Positions 20,138 to 35,100 of a stretch of 64,000 bases of DNA are shown here, one piece after another (position 1 is the first letter of the stretch; each line of letters opens with the position of its first letter). A program made the translations under genes and the position numbers. The DNA is from Squalus acanthias (lineage: Eukaryota). The notes below the pieces were generated by a model. The model ran no database searches, was not told the DNA's origin, and was given only the letters and a program-made list of their open reading frames with translations. Location of the stretch: NCBI GenBank assembly GCA_030390025.1, contig JASTWF010000348.1:248001-312000 (forward strand), in the 5' to 3' direction.

Positions 20138-23100
20138 TGTGACTCGGTGTCCCCGGTGTGACTCCTGTGTGACTCGGTGTCTGTGGTGTGACTCCTGTGT
20201 GACTCGGTGTCTCTGGTGTGACTCCTGTGTGACTCGGTGTCTGTGGTGTGACTCCTGTGTGACTCGGTGTCTCTGGTGTGACTCCTGTGTGATCGGTGTC
20301 TGTGGTGTGACTCCTGTGTGACTCGGTGTCTCTGGTGTGACTCCTGTGTGACTCGGTGTCTCTGGTGTGACTCCTGTGTGACTCGGTGTCTGTGGTGTGA
20401 CTCCTGTGTGACTCGGTGTCTGTGGTGTGTCTCCTGTGTGACTCGGTGTCTGTGGTGTGACTCGGTGTCTCTGGTGTGACTCCTGTGTGACTCGGTGACC
20501 CGGTGTGACTCCTGTGTGACTCGGTGTCTCTGGTGTGACTCGGCGTCCCCGGTGTGACTCCTGTGTGACTCGGTGTCTCTGGTGTGACTCGGTGTCTGTG
20601 GTGTGACTCCTGTGTGACTCGGTGTCTGTGGTGTGACTCCTGTGTGACTCGGTGTCTGTGGTGTGACTCCTGTGTGACTCGGTGTCTGTGGTTTGACTCC
20701 TGTGTGACTCGGTGTCTGTGGTGTGACTCCTGTGTGACTCGGTGTCTGTGGTGTGACTCCTGTGTGACTCGGTGTCTGTGGTGTGACTCCCGTGTGACTC
20801 GGTGTCTCTGGTGTGACTCCTGTGTGACTCGGTGTCTGTGGTGTGACTCCTGTGTGACTCGGTGTCCCTGGTGTGACTCCTGTGTGACTCGGTGTCTGTG
20901 GTGTGACTCCTGTGTGACTCGGTGTCTGTGGTGTGACTCCTGTGTGACTCGGTGTCCCTGGTGTGACTCCTGTGTGACTCGGTGTCCCTGGTGTGACTCC
21001 TGTGTGACTCGGTGTCTCCGGTGTGACTCCTGTGTGACTCAGTGTCTGTGGTGTGACTCCTGTGTGACTCGGTGTCTCCCCGGTGTGACACCTGTGTGAC
21101 TCAGTGTCTGTGGTGTGACTCCTGTGTGACTCGGTGTCCCCGGTGTGACTCCTGTGTGACTCGGTGTCTGTGGTGTGACTCCTGTGTGACTCGGTGTCTG
21201 TGGTGTGACTCCTGTGTGACTCGGTGTCTGTGGTGTGACTCCTGTGTGACTCGGTGTCTGTGGTGTGACTCCTGTGTGACTCGGTGTCTGTGGTGTGACT
21301 CCTGTGTGGCTCAGTGTCTGTGGTGTGACTCCTGTGTGACTCGGTGTCTCTGGTGTGACTCCTGTGTGACTCGGTGTCTGTGGTGTGTCTCCTGTGTGAC
21401 TCGGTGTCTGTGGTGTGACTCGGTGTCTCTGGTGTGACTCCTGTGTGACTCGGTGACCCGGTGTGACTCCTGTGTGACTCGGTGTCTCTGGTGTGACTCC
21501 TGTGTGACTCGGTGTCCCCGGTGTGACTCCTGTGTGACTCGGTGTCTCTGGTGTGACTCGGTGTCTGTGGTGTGACTCCTGTGTGACTCGGTGTCTGTGG
21601 TGTGACTCCTGTGTGACTCGGTGTCTGTGGTGTGACTCCTGTGTGACTCGGTGTCTGTGGTGTGACTCCTGTGTGACTCGGTGTCTGTGGTGTGACTCCT
21701 GTGTGACTCGGTGTCTGTGGTGTGACTCCTGTGTGACTCGGTGTCTCTGGTGTGACTCCCGTGTGACTCGGTGTCTCTGGTGTGACTCCTGTGTGACTCG
21801 GTGTCTGTGGTGTGACTCCTGTGTGACTCGGTGTCCCTGGTGTGACTCCTGTGTGACTCGGTGTCTGTGGTGTGACTCCTGTGTGACTCGGTGTCGGTGG
21901 TGTGACTCCTGTGTGACTCGGTGTCCCTGGTGTGACTCCTGTGTGACTCGGTGTCCCTGGTGTGACTCCTGTGTGACTCGGTGTCTCCGGTGTGACTCCT
22001 GTGTGACTCGGTGTCTGTGGTGTGACTCCTGTGTGACTCGGTGTCTCCCCGGTGTGACTCCTGTGTGACTCGGTGTCTGTGGTGTGACTCCCGTGTGACT
22101 CGGTGTCTCTGGTGTGACTCCTGTGTGACTCGGTGTCTGTGGTGTGACTCCTGTGTGACTCGGTGTCCCTGGTGTGACTCCTGTGTGACTCGGTGTCTGT
22201 GGTGTGACTCCTGTGTGACTCGGTGTCTGTGGTGTGACTCCTGTGTGACTCGGTGTCTGTGGTGTGACTCCTGTGTGACTCGGTGTCCCTGGTGTGACTC
22301 CTGTGTGACTCGGTGTCTCCGGTGTGACTCCTGTGTGACTCGGTGTCTGTGGTGTGACTCCTGTGTGACTCGGTGTCTCCCCGGTGTGACACCTGTGTGA
22401 CTCAGTGTCTGTGGTGTGACTCCTGTGTGACTCGGTGTCCCCGGTGTGACTCCTGTGTGACTCGGTGTCTGTGGTGTGACTCCTGTGTGACTCGGTGTCT
22501 GTGGTGTGACTCCTGTGTGACTCGGTGTCTGTGGTGTGACTCCTGTGTGACTCGGTGTCTGTGGTGTGACTCCTGTGTGACTCGGTGTCTGTGGTGTGAC
22601 TCCTGTGTGGCTCAGTGTCTGTGGTGTGACTCCTGTGTGACTCGCTGTCTCTGGTGTGACTCCTGTGTGACTCGGTGTCTGTGGTGTGTCTCCTGTGTGA
22701 CTCGGTGTCTGTGGTGTGACTCGGTATCTCTGGTGTGACTCCTGTGTGACTCGGTGACCCGGTGTGACTCCTGTGTGACTCGGTGTCTCTGGTGTGACTC
22801 CTGTGTGACTCGGTGTCCCCGGTGTGACTCCTGTGTGACTCGGTGTCTCTGGTGTGACTCGGTGTCTGTGGTGTGACTCCTGTGTGACTCGGTGTCTGTG
22901 GTGTGACTCCTGTGTGACTCGGTGTCTGTGGTGTGACTCCTGTGTGACTCGGTGTCTGTGGTGTGACTCCTGTGTGACTCGGTGTCTGTGGTGTGACTCC
23001 TGTGTGACTCGGTGTCTGTGGTGTGACTCCTGTGTGACTCGGTGTCTCTGGTGTGACTCCCGTGTGACTCGGTGTCTCTGGTGTGACTCCTGTGTGACTC

Positions 23101-26100
23101 GGTGTCTGTGGTGTGACTCCTGTGTGACTCGGTGTCCCTGGTGTGACTCCTGTGTGACTCGGTGTCTGTGGTGTGACTCCTGTGTGACTCGGTGTCTGTG
23201 GTGTGACTCCTGTGTGACTCGGTGTCCCTGGTGTGACTCCTGTGTGACTCGGTGTCCCTGGTGTGACTCCTGTGTGACTCGGTGTCTCCGGTGTGACTCC
23301 TGTGTGACTCGGTGTCTGTGGTGTGACTCCTGTGTGACTCGGTGTCTCCCCGGTGTGACACCTGTGTGACTCAGTGTCTGTGGTGTGACTCCTGTGTGAC
23401 TCGGTGTCTGTGGTGTGACTCCCGTGTGACTCGGTGTCTGTGGTGTGACTCCTGTGTGACTCGGTGTCTGTGGTGTGACTCCTGTGTGACTCGGTGTCTG
23501 TGGTGTGACTCCTGTGTGACTCGGTGTCTGTGGTGTGACTCCTGTGTGACTCGGTGTCTGTGGTGTGACTCCTGTGTGACTCGGTGTCCCTGGTGTGACT
23601 CCTGTGTGACTCGGTGTCTGTGGTGTGACTCCTGTGTGACTCGGTGTCTGTGGTGTGACTCCTGTGTGACTCGGTGTCTCTGGTGTGACTCCTGTGTGAC
23701 TCGGTGTCCCTGGTGTGACTCCTGTGTGACTCGGTGTCTGTGGTGTGACTCGGTGTCTCTGGTGTGACTCCTGTGTGACTCGGTGGCTGTGGTGTGACTC
23801 CTGTGTGACTCGGTGTCTCCGGTGTGACTCCTGTGTGACTCGGTGTCTCCGGTGTGAATCCTGTGTGACTCGGTGTCTCCGGAGTGACTCCTGTGTGACT
23901 CGGTGTCTGTGGTGTGACTCCTGTGTGACTCGGTGACTCTGGTGTGACTCCTGTGTGACTTGGTGTCTGTGGTGTGACTCCTGTGTGACTCGGTGTCTGT
24001 GGTGTGACTCCTGTGTGACTCGGTGTCTCTGGTGTGACTCCTGTGTGACTCGGTGTCTCTGGTGTGACTCCTGTGTGACTCGGTGTCTGTGGTGTGACTC
24101 CTGTGTGACTCGGTGTCTGTGGTGTGACTCCTGTGTGACTCGGTGTCTGTGGTGTGACTCCTGTGTGACTCGGTGTCTGTGGTGTGTCTCCTGTGTGACT
24201 CGGTGTCTCTGGTGTGACTCCTGTGTGACTCGGTGTCTCCGGTGTGACTCCTGTGTGAATCGGTGTCTGTGGTGTGACTCCTGTGTGACTCGGTGTCTGT
24301 GGTGTGACTCCTGTGTGAATCGGTGTCTGTGGTGTGACTCCTGTGTGACTCGGTGTCTCCGGTGTGACTCCTGTGTGAATCGGTGTCTGTGGTGTGACTC
24401 CTGTGTGACTCGGTGTCTGTGGTGTGACTCCTGTGTGAATCGGTGTCTGTTGTGTGACTCCTGTGTGACTCGGTGTCTGTGGTGTGACTCCTGTGTGACT
24501 CGGTGTCTGTGGTGTGACTCCTGTGTGACTCGGTGTCTGTGGTGTGACTCCTGTGTGACTCGGTGTCTGTGGTGTGACTCCTGTGTGACTCGGTGTCTCT
24601 GGTGTGACTCCCGTGTGACTCGATGTCTCTGGTGTGACTCCTGTGTGACTCGGTGTCTGTGGTGTGACTCCTGTGTGACTCGGTGTCTGTGGTGTGACTC
24701 CTGTGTGACTCGGTGTCTGTGGTGTGACTCCTGTGTGACTCGGTGTCTGTGGTGTGACTCCTGTGTGACTCGGTGTCTCTGGTGTGACTCCTGTGTGACT
24801 CGGTGTCCCTGGTGTGACTCCTGTGTGACTCGGTGTCCCTGGTGTGACTCCTGTGTGACTCGGTGTCTCCGGTGTGACTCCTGTGTGACTCGGTGTCCCT
24901 GGTGTGACTCCTGTGTGACTCGGTGTCCCTGGTGTGACTCCTGTGTGACTCGGTGTCAGTGGTGTGACTCGGTGTCTCTGGTGTGACTCCTGTGTGACTC
25001 GGTGGCTGTGGTGTGACTCCTGTGTGACTCGGTGTCTCCGGTGTGACTCCTGTGTGACTCGGTGTCTCCGGTGTGAATCCTGTGTGACTCGGTGTCTCCG
25101 GTGTGACTCCTGTGTGACTCGGTGTCTGTGGTGTGACTCCTGTGTGACTCGGTGTCTGTGGTGTGACTCCTGTGTGACTCGGTGTCTCTGGTGTGACTCC
25201 TGTGTGACTCGGTGTCTCTGGTGTGACTCCTGTGTGACTCGGTGTCTGTGGTGTGACTCCTGTGTGACTCGGTGTCTGTGGTGTGACTCCTGTGTGACTC
25301 GGTGTCTGTGGTGTGACTCCTGTGTGACTCGGTGTCTGTGGTGTGTCTCCTGTGTGACTCGGTGTCTCTGGTGTGACTCCTGTGTGACTCGGTGTCTCCG
25401 GTGTGACTCCTGTGTGAATCGGTGTCTGTGGTGTGACTCCTGTGTGACTCGGTGTCTGTGGTGTGACTCCTGTGTGACTCGGTGTCTGTGGTGTGACTCC
25501 TGTGTGACTCGGTGTCTGTGGTGTGACTCCTGTGTGACTCGGTGTCTGTGGTGTGACTCCTGTGTGACTCGGTGTCTCTGGTGTGACTCCCGTGTGACTC
25601 GATGTCTCTGGTGTGACTCCTGTGTGACTCGGTGTCTGTGGTGTGACTCCTGTGTGACTCGGTGTCTGTGGTGTGACTCCTGTGTGACTCGGTGTCTGTG
25701 GTGTGACTCCTGTGTGACTCGGTGTCTGTGGTGTGACTCCTGTGTGACTCGGTGTCTCTGGTGTGACTCCTGTGTGACTCGGTGTCCCTGGTGTGACTCC
25801 TGTGTGACTCGGTGTCTGTGGTGTGACTCCTGTGTGACTCGGTGTCTGTGGTGTGACTCCTGTGTGACTCGGTGTCCCTGGTGTGACTCCTGTGTGACTC
25901 GGTGTCCCTGGTGTGACTCCTGTGTGACTCGGTGTCTCCGGTGTGACTCCTGTGTGACTCGGTGTCTGTGGTGTGACTCCTGTGTGACTCGGTGTCTCCC
26001 CGGTGTGACTCCTGTGTGACTCGGTGTCTGTGGTGTGACTCCTGTGTGACTCGGTGTCTGTGGTGTGACTCCTGTGTGACTCGGTGTCTGTGGTGTGACT

Positions 26101-29100
26101 CCTGTGTGACTCGGTGTCTGTGGTGTGACTCCTGTGTGACTCGGTGTCTCTGGTGTGACTCCTGTGTGACTCGGTGTCCCTGGTGTGACTCCTGTGTGAC
26201 TCGGTGTCTGTGGTGTGACTCCTGTGTGACTCGGTGTCCCTGGTGTGACTCCTGTGTGACTCGGTGTCGTGGTGTGACTCGGTGTCTCTGGTGTGACTCC
26301 TGTGTGACTCGGTGTCTGTGGTGTGACTCCTGTGTGACTCGGTGACTCCGGTGTGACTCCTGTGTGACTCGGTGTCTCCGGTGTGACTCCTGTGTGACTC
26401 GGTGTCTGTGGTGTGACTCCTGTGTGACTCGGTGTCTGTGGTGTGACTCCTGTGTGACTCGGTGTCTCTGGTGTGACTCCTGTGTGACTCGCTGTCTGTG
26501 GTGTGACTCCTGTGTGACTCGGTGTCTGTGGTGTGACTCCTGTGTGACTCGGTGTCTGTGGTGTGACTCCTGTGTGACTCGGTGTCTGTGGTGTGACTCC
26601 TGTGTGACTCGGTGTCTGTGGTGTTACTCCTGTGTGACTCGGTGTCTGTGGTGTGACTCCTGTGTGACTCGGTGTCTGTGGTGTGACTCCTGTGTGACTC
26701 GGTGTCTGTGGTGTGACTCCTGTGTGACTCGGTGTCCCTGGTGGGACTCCTGTGTGACTCGGTGTGACTCCTGTGTGACTCGGTGTCTGTGGTGTGACTC
26801 CTGTGTGACTCGGTGTCTGTGGTGTGACTCCTGTGTGACTCGGTGTCTGTGGTGTGACTCCTGTGTGACTCGGTGTCTGTGGTGTTACTCCTGTGTGACT
26901 CGGTGTCTGTGGTGTGACTCCTGTGTGACTCGGTGTCTGTGGTGTGACTCCTGTGTGACTCGGTGTCTGTGGTGTGACTCCTGTGTGACTCGGTGTCCCT
27001 GGTGGGACTCCTGTGTGACTCGGTGTGACTCCTGTGTGACTCGGTGTCTGTGGTGTGACTCCTGTGTGACTCGGTGACTCCGGTGTGACTCCTGTGTGAC
27101 TCGGTGTCTCCGGTGTGACTCCTGTGTGACTCGGTGTCTGTGGTGTGACTCCTGTGTGACTCGGTGTCTGTGGTGTGACTCCTGTGTGACTCGGTGTCTC
27201 TGGTGTGGACTCCTGTGTGACTCGCTGTCTGTGGTGTGACTCCTGTGTGACTCGGTGTCTGTGGTGTGACTCCTGTGTGACTCGGTGTCTCCGGTGTGAC
27301 TCCTGTGTGACTCGGTGTCTGTGGTGTGACTCCTGTGTGACTCGGTGTCTCCCGGTGTGACTCCTGTGTGACTCGGTGTCTGTGGTGTGACTCCTGTGTG
27401 ACTCGGTGTCTGTGGTGTGACTCCTGTGTGACTCGGTGTCTGTGGTGTGACTCCTGTGTGACTCGGTGTCTGTGGTGTGACTCCTGTGTGACTCGGTGTC
27501 TCTGGTGTGACTCCTGTGTGACTCGGTGTCCCTGGTGTGACTCCTGTGTCACTCGGTGTCTGTGGTGTGACTCCTGTGTGACTCGGTGTCCCTGGTGTGA
27601 CTCCTGTGTGACTCGGTGTCTGTGGTGTGACTCGGTGTCTCTGGTGTGACTCCTGTGTGACTCGGTGTCTGTGGTGTGACTCCTGTGTGACTCGGTGACT
27701 CCGGTGTGACTCCTGTGTGACTCGGTGTCTCCGGTGTGACTCCTGTGTGACTCGGTGTCTGTGTGTGACTCCTGTGTGACTCGTGTCTGTGGTGTGACTC
27801 TGTGTGACTCGGTGTCTCTAGTTGTGACTCCTGTGTGACTTCGCTGTCTGTGGTGTTGACTCCTGTGTGACTCGGTGTCTGTGGTGTGACTCTGTGTGAC
27901 TCGGTGTCTGTGGTGTGACTCCTGTGTGACTCGGTGTCTGTGGTGTGACTCCTTTGTGACTCGGTGTCTGTGTGTTACTCCTGTGTGACTCGGTGTCTGT
28001 GGTGTGTGACTCCTGTGTGACTCGGTAGTGCTGTGGTGTGACTCCTGTGTGACTCGGTGTCTGTGGTGTGACTCCTGTTTGACTCGGTGTCCCCTGGTGG
28101 GACTCCTGTGTGACTCGGTGTGACTCCTGTGTGACTCGGTGTCTGTGGTGTGACTCCTGTGTGACTCGGTGTCTGTGGTGTGACTCCCTGTGTGACTCGG
28201 TGTCTGTGGTGTGACTCCTGTGTGACTCGGTGTCTGTGGTGTTACTCCTGTGTGACTCGGTGTCTGTGGTGTGACTCCTGTGTGACTCGGTGTCTGTGGT
28301 GTGACTCCTGTGTGACTCGGTGTCTGTGGTGTGACTCCTGTGTGACTCGGTGTCCCTGGTGGGACTCCTGTGTGACTCGGTGTGACTCCTGAGTGACTCG
28401 GTGTCTGTGGTGTGACTCCTGTGTGACTCGGTGACTCCGGTGTGACTCCTGTGTGACTCGGTGTCTCGGTGTGACTCCTGTGTGACTCGGTGTCTGTGGT
28501 GTGACTCCTGTGTGACTCGGTGTCTGTGGTGTGACTCCTGTGTGACTCGGTGTCTCTGGTGTGACTCCTGTGTGACTCGCTGTCTGTGGTGTGACTCCTG
28601 TGTGACTCGGTGTCTGTGGTGTGACTCCTGTGTGACTCGGTGTCTGTGGTGTGACTCCTGTGTGACTCGGTGTCTGTGGTGTGACTCCTGTGTGACTCGG
28701 TGTCTGTGGTGTTACTCCTGTGTGACTCGGTGTCTGTGGTGTGACTCCTGTGTGACTCGGTGTCTGTGGTGTGACTCCTGTGTGACTCGGTGTCTGTGGT
28801 GTGACTCCTGTGTGACTCGGTGTCCCTGGTGGGACTCCTGTGTGACTCGGTGTGACTCCTGTGTGACTCGGGGTCCCTGGTGTGACTCCTATGTGACTCG
28901 GTGTCTGTGGTGTGACTCCTGTGTGACTCGGTGTCTCTGGTGTGTCTCCGGTGTGACTCCTGTGTGACTCGGTGTCTGTGGTGTGACTCCTGTGTGACTC
29001 GGTGTCCCCGGTGTGACTCCTGTGTGACTCGGTGTCTCTGGTGTGACTCCTGTGTGACTCGGTGTCTGTGGTGTGACTCCTGTGTGACTCGGTGTCCCTG

Positions 29101-32100
29101 GTGTGACTCCTGTGTGACTCGGTGTCTGTGGTGTGACTCCTGTGTGACTCGGTGTCTGTGGTGTGTCTCCGGTGTGACTCCTGTGTGACTCGGTGTCTGT
29201 GGTGTGACTCCTGTGTGACTCGGTGTCTCTGGTGTGACTCCTGTGTGACTCGGTGTCTGTGGTGTGACTCCTGTGTGACTCGGTGTCTCTGGTGTGACTC
29301 CTGTGTGACTCGGTGGTCTCTGGTGTGACTCCTGTGTGACTCGGTGTCTGTGGTGTGACTCCTGTGTGACTCGATGTCTCTGGTGTGACTCCTGTGTGAC
29401 TCGGTGTCTCTGGTGTGACTCCTGTGTGACTCGGTGTCTGTGGTGTGACTCCTGTGTGACTCGGTGTCTGTGGTGTGACTCCTGTGTGACTCGGTGTCTG
29501 TGGTGTGACTCCTGTGTGACTCGGTGTCTGTGGTGTGACTCCTGTGTGACTCGGTGTCTCCGGTGTGACTCCTGTGTGGCTCGGTGTCTGTGGTGTGACT
29601 CCTGTGGTGACTCTGTGTCTGTGGTGTGACTCCTGTGTGACTCGGTGTCTGTGGTGTGACTCCTGTGTGACTCGGTGTCTGTGGTGTGACTCCTGTTTGA
29701 CTCGGTGTCTCTGGTGTGACTCCCTGTGTGACTCGGTGTCTCTGTGTGACTCCTGTGTGACTCGGTATCTCTGGTGTGACTCCTGTGTGACTCGGTGTCC
29801 CGGTGTGAATCATGTGTGACTCGGTGTCTGTGGTGTGACTCCTGTGTGACTCGGTGTCCCTGGTGTGACTCCTGTGTGACTCGGTGTCTGTGGTGTGACT
29901 CGGTGTCTGTGGTGTGACTCCTGTGTGACTCGGTGTCCCTGGTGTGACTCCTGTGTGACTCGGTGTCTCTGGTGTGACTCCTGTGTGACTCGGTGTCTCT
30001 GGTGTGACTCCTGTGTGACTCGGTGTCTGTGGTGTGACTCCTGTGTGATTCGGTGTCTCCGGTGTGACTCCTGTGTGACTCGGTGTCTGTGGTGTGACTC
30101 CTGTGTGACTGGGTGTCTCTGGTGTGACTCCTGTGTGACTCGGTGTCTGTGGTGTGACTCCTGTGTGATTCGGTGTCTGTGGTGTGACTCCTGTGTGACT
30201 CGGTGTCCCCGGTGTGACTCCTGTGTGACTCGGTGTCTGTGGTGTGACTCCTGTGTGACTCGGTGTCTGTGGTGTGTCTCCTGTGTGACTCGGTGTCTCT
30301 GGTGTGACTCCTGTGTGACTCGGTGTCTCCGGTGTGACTCCTGTGTGAATCGGTGTCTGTGGTGTGACACCTGTGTGACTCGGTGTCTGTGGTGTGACTC
30401 CTGTGTGACTCGGTGTCTGTGGTGTGACTCCTGTGTGACTCGGTGTCTGTGGTGTGACTCCTGTGTGACTCGGTGTCTGTGGTGTGACTCCTGTGTGACT
30501 CGGTGTCTCTGGTGTGACTCCTCGTGTGACTCGATGTCTCTGGTGTGACTCCTGTGTGACTCGGTGTCTCTGGTGTGACTCCTGTGTGACTCGCTGTCTG
30601 TGGTGTGACTCCTGTGTGACTCGGTGTCTGTGGTGTGACTCCTGTGTGACTCGGTGTCTGTGTGTGACTCCTGTGTGACTCGGTGTCTGTGGTGTGACTC
30701 CTGTGTGACTCGGTGTCTGTGGTGTTACTCCTGTGTGACTCGGTGTCTGTGGTGTGACTCCTGTGTGACTCGGTGTCTGTGGTGTGACTCCTGTGTGACT
30801 CGGTGTCTGTGGTGTGACTCCTGTGTGACTCGGTGTCCCTGGTGGGACTCCTGTGTGACTCGGTGTGACTCCTGTGTGACTCGGTGTCTGTGGTGTGACT
30901 CCTGTGTGACTCGGTGTCCCTGGTGTGACTCCTGTGTGACTCGATGTCCTGTGGTGTGACTCCTGTGTGACTCGGGGGTCCCTTGGTGTGACTCCTATGT
31001 GACTCGGTGTCTGTGGTGTGACTCCTGTGTGGACTCGGTGTCTGTGGTGTGTCTCCGGTGTGACTCCTGTGTGACTCGGTTCTGTGGTGTGACTCCTGTG
31101 TGACTCGGTGTCCCCCGGTGTGACTCCTGTGTGACTCGGTGTCTCTGGTGTGACTCCTGTGTGACTCGGTTGTCTGTGGTGTGACTCCTGTGTGACTCGG
31201 TGTCCCTGGTGTGACTCCTGTGTGACTCGGTGTCTGTGTGTGACTCCTGTGTGACTCGGTGTCTGTGGTGTGTCTCCGGTGTGACTCCTGTGTGGACTCG
31301 GTGTCCTGTGGTGTGACTCCTGTGTGACTCGGTGTCTCTGGTGTGACTCCTGTGTGACTCGGTGTCTGTGGTGTGACTCCTGTGTGACTCGGTGTCTCTG
31401 GTGTGACTCCTGTGTGACTCGGTGTCTCTGGTGTGACTCCTGTGTGACTCGGTGTCTGTGGTGTGACTCCTGTGTGACTCGATGTCTCTGGTGTGACTCC
31501 TGTGTGACTCGGTGTCTCTGTGTGACTCCTGTGTGACTCGGTGTCTGTGGTGTGACTCCTGTGTGACTCGGTGTCTGTGGTGTGACTCCTGTGTGACTCG
31601 GTGTCTGTGGTGTGACTCCTGTGTGACTCGGTGTCTGTGGTGTGACTCCTGTGTGACTCGGTGTCTCCGGTGTGACTCCTGTGTGGCTCGGTGTCTGTGG
31701 TGTGACTCCTGTGTGACTCGGTGTCTGTGGTGTGACTCCTTTTTGACTCGGTGTCTGTGGTGTGACTCCTGTGTGACTCGGTGTCTGTGGTGTGACTCCT
31801 GTGTGACTCGGTGTCTCTGGTGTGACTCCTGTGTGACTCGGTGTCTCTGGTGTGACTCCTGTGTGACTCGGTATCTCTGGTGTGACTCCTGTGTGACTCG
31901 GTGTCCCCGGTGTGAATCATGTGTGACTCGGTGTCTGTGGTGTGACTCCTGTGTGACTCGGTGTCCCTGGTGTGACTCCTGTGTGACTCGGTGTCTGTGG
32001 TGTGACTCGGTGTCTGTGGTGTGACTCCTGTGTGACTCGGTGTCCCTGGTGTGACTCCTGTGTGACTCGGTGTCTCTGGTGTGACTCCTGTGTGACTCGG

Positions 32101-35100
32101 TGTCTCTGGTGTGACTCCTGTGTGACTCGGTGTCTGTGGTGTGACTCCTGTGTGATTCGGTGTCTCCGGTGTGACTCCTGTGTGACTCGGTGTCTGTGGT
32201 GTGACTCCTGTGTGACTGGGTGTCTCTGGTGTGACTCCTGTGTGACTCGGTGTCTGTGGTGTGACTCCTGTGTGATTCGGTGTCTGTGGTGTGACTCCTG
32301 TGTGACTCGGTGTCCCCGGTGTGACTCCTGTGTGACTCGGTGTCTGTGGTGTGACTCCTGTGTGACTCGGTGTCTGTGGTGTGTCTCCTGTGTGACTCGG
32401 TGTCTCTGGTGTGACTCCTGTGTGACTCGGTGTCTCCGTGTGACTCCTGTGTGAATCGGTGTCTGTGGTGTGACTCCTGTGTGACTCGGTGTCTGTGGTG
32501 TGACTCCTGTGTGACTCGGTGTCTGTGGTGTGACTCCTGTGTGACTCGGTGTCTGTGGTGTGACTCCTGTGTGACTCGGTGTCTGTGGTGTGACTCCTGT
32601 GTGACTCGGTGTCTCTGGTGTGACTCCCGTGTGACTCGATGTCTCTGGTGTGACTCCTGTGTGACTCGGTGTCTGTGGTGTGACTCCTGTGTGACTCGGT
32701 GTCTGTGGGTGTGACTCCTGTGTGACTCGGTGTCTGTGGTGTGACTCCTGTGTGACTCGGTGTCTGTGGTGTGACTCCTGTGTGACTCGGTGTCTCTGGT
32801 GTGACTCCTGTGTGACTCGGTGTCCCTGGTGTGACTCCTGTGTGACTCGGTGTCTGTGGTGTGACTCCTGTGTGACTCGGTGTCTGTGGTGTGACTCCTG
32901 TGTGACTCGGTGTCCCTGGTGTGACTCCTGTGTGACTCGGTGTCCCTGGTGTGACTCCTGTGTGACCGGGTCTCCGGTGTGACTCCTGTGTGACTCGGTG
33001 TCTGTGGTGTGACTCCTGTGTGACTCGGTGTCTCCCCGGTGTGACTGCTGTGTGACTCGGTGTCTGTGGTGTGACTCCTGTGTGACTCGGTGTCTGTGGT
33101 GTGACTCCTGTGTGACTCGGTGTCTGTGGTGTGACTCCTGTGTGACTCGGTGTCTGTGGTGTGACTCCTGTGTGACTCGGTGTCCGTGGTGTGACTCCTG
33201 TGTGACTCGGTGTCTGTGGTTGAGACTCCTGTGTGACTCTGTGTCTGTGGTGGGACTCCTGTGTGACTCTGTGTCTGTGGTATGTGACTCCTGTGTGACT
33301 CGGTGTCTGTGGTGTGACTCCTGTGTGACTCGTGTCCTGGTGTGACTCCTGTGTGACTCGGTGTCTGTGGTGTGACTCCTGTGTGACTCAGTGTCTGTGG
33401 TGTGACTCCTGTGTGACTCGGTGTCTCTGGTGTGACTCCTGTGTGACTCGGTGTCCTGGTGTGACTCCTGTGTGAATCGGTGTTCTGTGGTGTGACTCCT
33501 GTGTGACTCGGTGTCCCTGTGTGTGACTCCTGTGTGACTCGGTGTCTGTGGGTGTGGACTCGGTGTCTCTGGTGTGACTCCTGTGTGACTCGGTGTCTGT
33601 GGTGTGACTCCTCTGTGACTCGGTGACTCCGGTGTGACTCCTGTGTGACTCGGTGTCTCCGGTTGTGACTCCTGTGTGACTCGGTGTCTCTGGTGTGACT
33701 CCTGTGTGACTCGCTGTCTGTGGTGTGACTCCTGTGTGACTCGGTGTCTGTGGTGTGACTCCTGTGTGACTCGGTGTCTGTGGTGTGACTCCTGTGTGAC
33801 TCGGTGTCTGTGGTGTGACTCCTGTGTGACTCGGTGTCTGTGGTGTTACTCCTGTGTGACTCGGTGTCTGTTGTGTGACTCCTGTGTGACTCGGTGTCTG
33901 TGGTGTGACTCCTGTGTGACTCGGTGTCCTGTGGTGTGACTCCTGTGTGACTCGGTGTCTGTGGTGTGACTCCTGTGTGACTCGGTGTCTGTGGTGTGAC
34001 TCCTGTGTGACTCGGTGTCTCGGTGTGACTCCCGTGTGACTCGATGTCTGTGGTGTGACTCCTGTGTGACTCGGTTGTCTGTGGTGTGACTCCTGTGTGA
34101 CTCGGTTGTCTCTGGTGTGACTCCTGTGTGACTCGGTGTCCCTGGTGTGACTCCTGTGTGACTCGGTGTCCCTGGTGTGACTCCTGTGTGACTCGGTGTC
34201 TCCGGTGTGACTCCTGTGTGACTCGGTGTCCCTGGTGTGACTCCTGTGTGACTCGGTGTCCCTGGTGTGACTCCTGTGTGACTCGGTGTCAGTGGTGTGA
34301 CTCGGTGTCTCTGGTGTGACTCCTGTGTGACTCGGTGGCTGTGGTGTGACTCCTGTGTGACTCGGTGTCTCCGGTGTGACTCCTGTGTGACTCGGTGTCT
34401 CCGGTGTGAATCCTGTGTGACTCGGTGTCTCCGGTGTGACTCCTGTGTGACTCGGTGTCTGTGGTGTGACTCCTGTGTGACTCGGTGACTCTGGTGTGAC
34501 TCCTGTGTGACTTGGTGTCTGTGGTGTGACTCCTGTGTGACTCGGTGTCTGTGGTGTGACTCCTGTGTGACTCGGTGTCTCTGGTGTGACTCCTGTGTGA
34601 CTCGGTGTCTCTGGTGTGACTCCTGTGTGACTCGGTGTCTGTGGTGTGACTCCTGTGTGACTCGGTGTCTGTGGTGTGACTCCTGTGTGACTCGGTGTCT
34701 GTGGTGTGACTCCTGTGTGACTCGGTGTCTGTGGTGTGTCTCCTGTGTGACTCGGTGTCTCTGGTGTGACTCCTGTGTGACTCGGTGTCTCCGGTGTGAC
34801 TCCTGTGTGAATCGGTGTCTGTGGTGTGACTCCTGTGTGACTCGGTGTCTGTGGTGTGACTCCTGTGTGACTCGGTGTCTGTGGTGTGACTCCTGTGTGA
34901 CTCGGTGTCTGTGGTGTGACTCCTGTGTGACTCGGTGTCTGTGGTGTGACTCCTGTGTGACTCGGTGTCTCTGGTTTGACTCCCGTGTGACTCGATGTCT
35001 CTGGTGTGACTCCTGTGTGACTCGGTGTCTGTGGTGTGGACTCCTGTGTGACTCGGTGTCTGTGGTGTGACTCCTGTGTGACTCGGTGTCTGTGGTGTGA

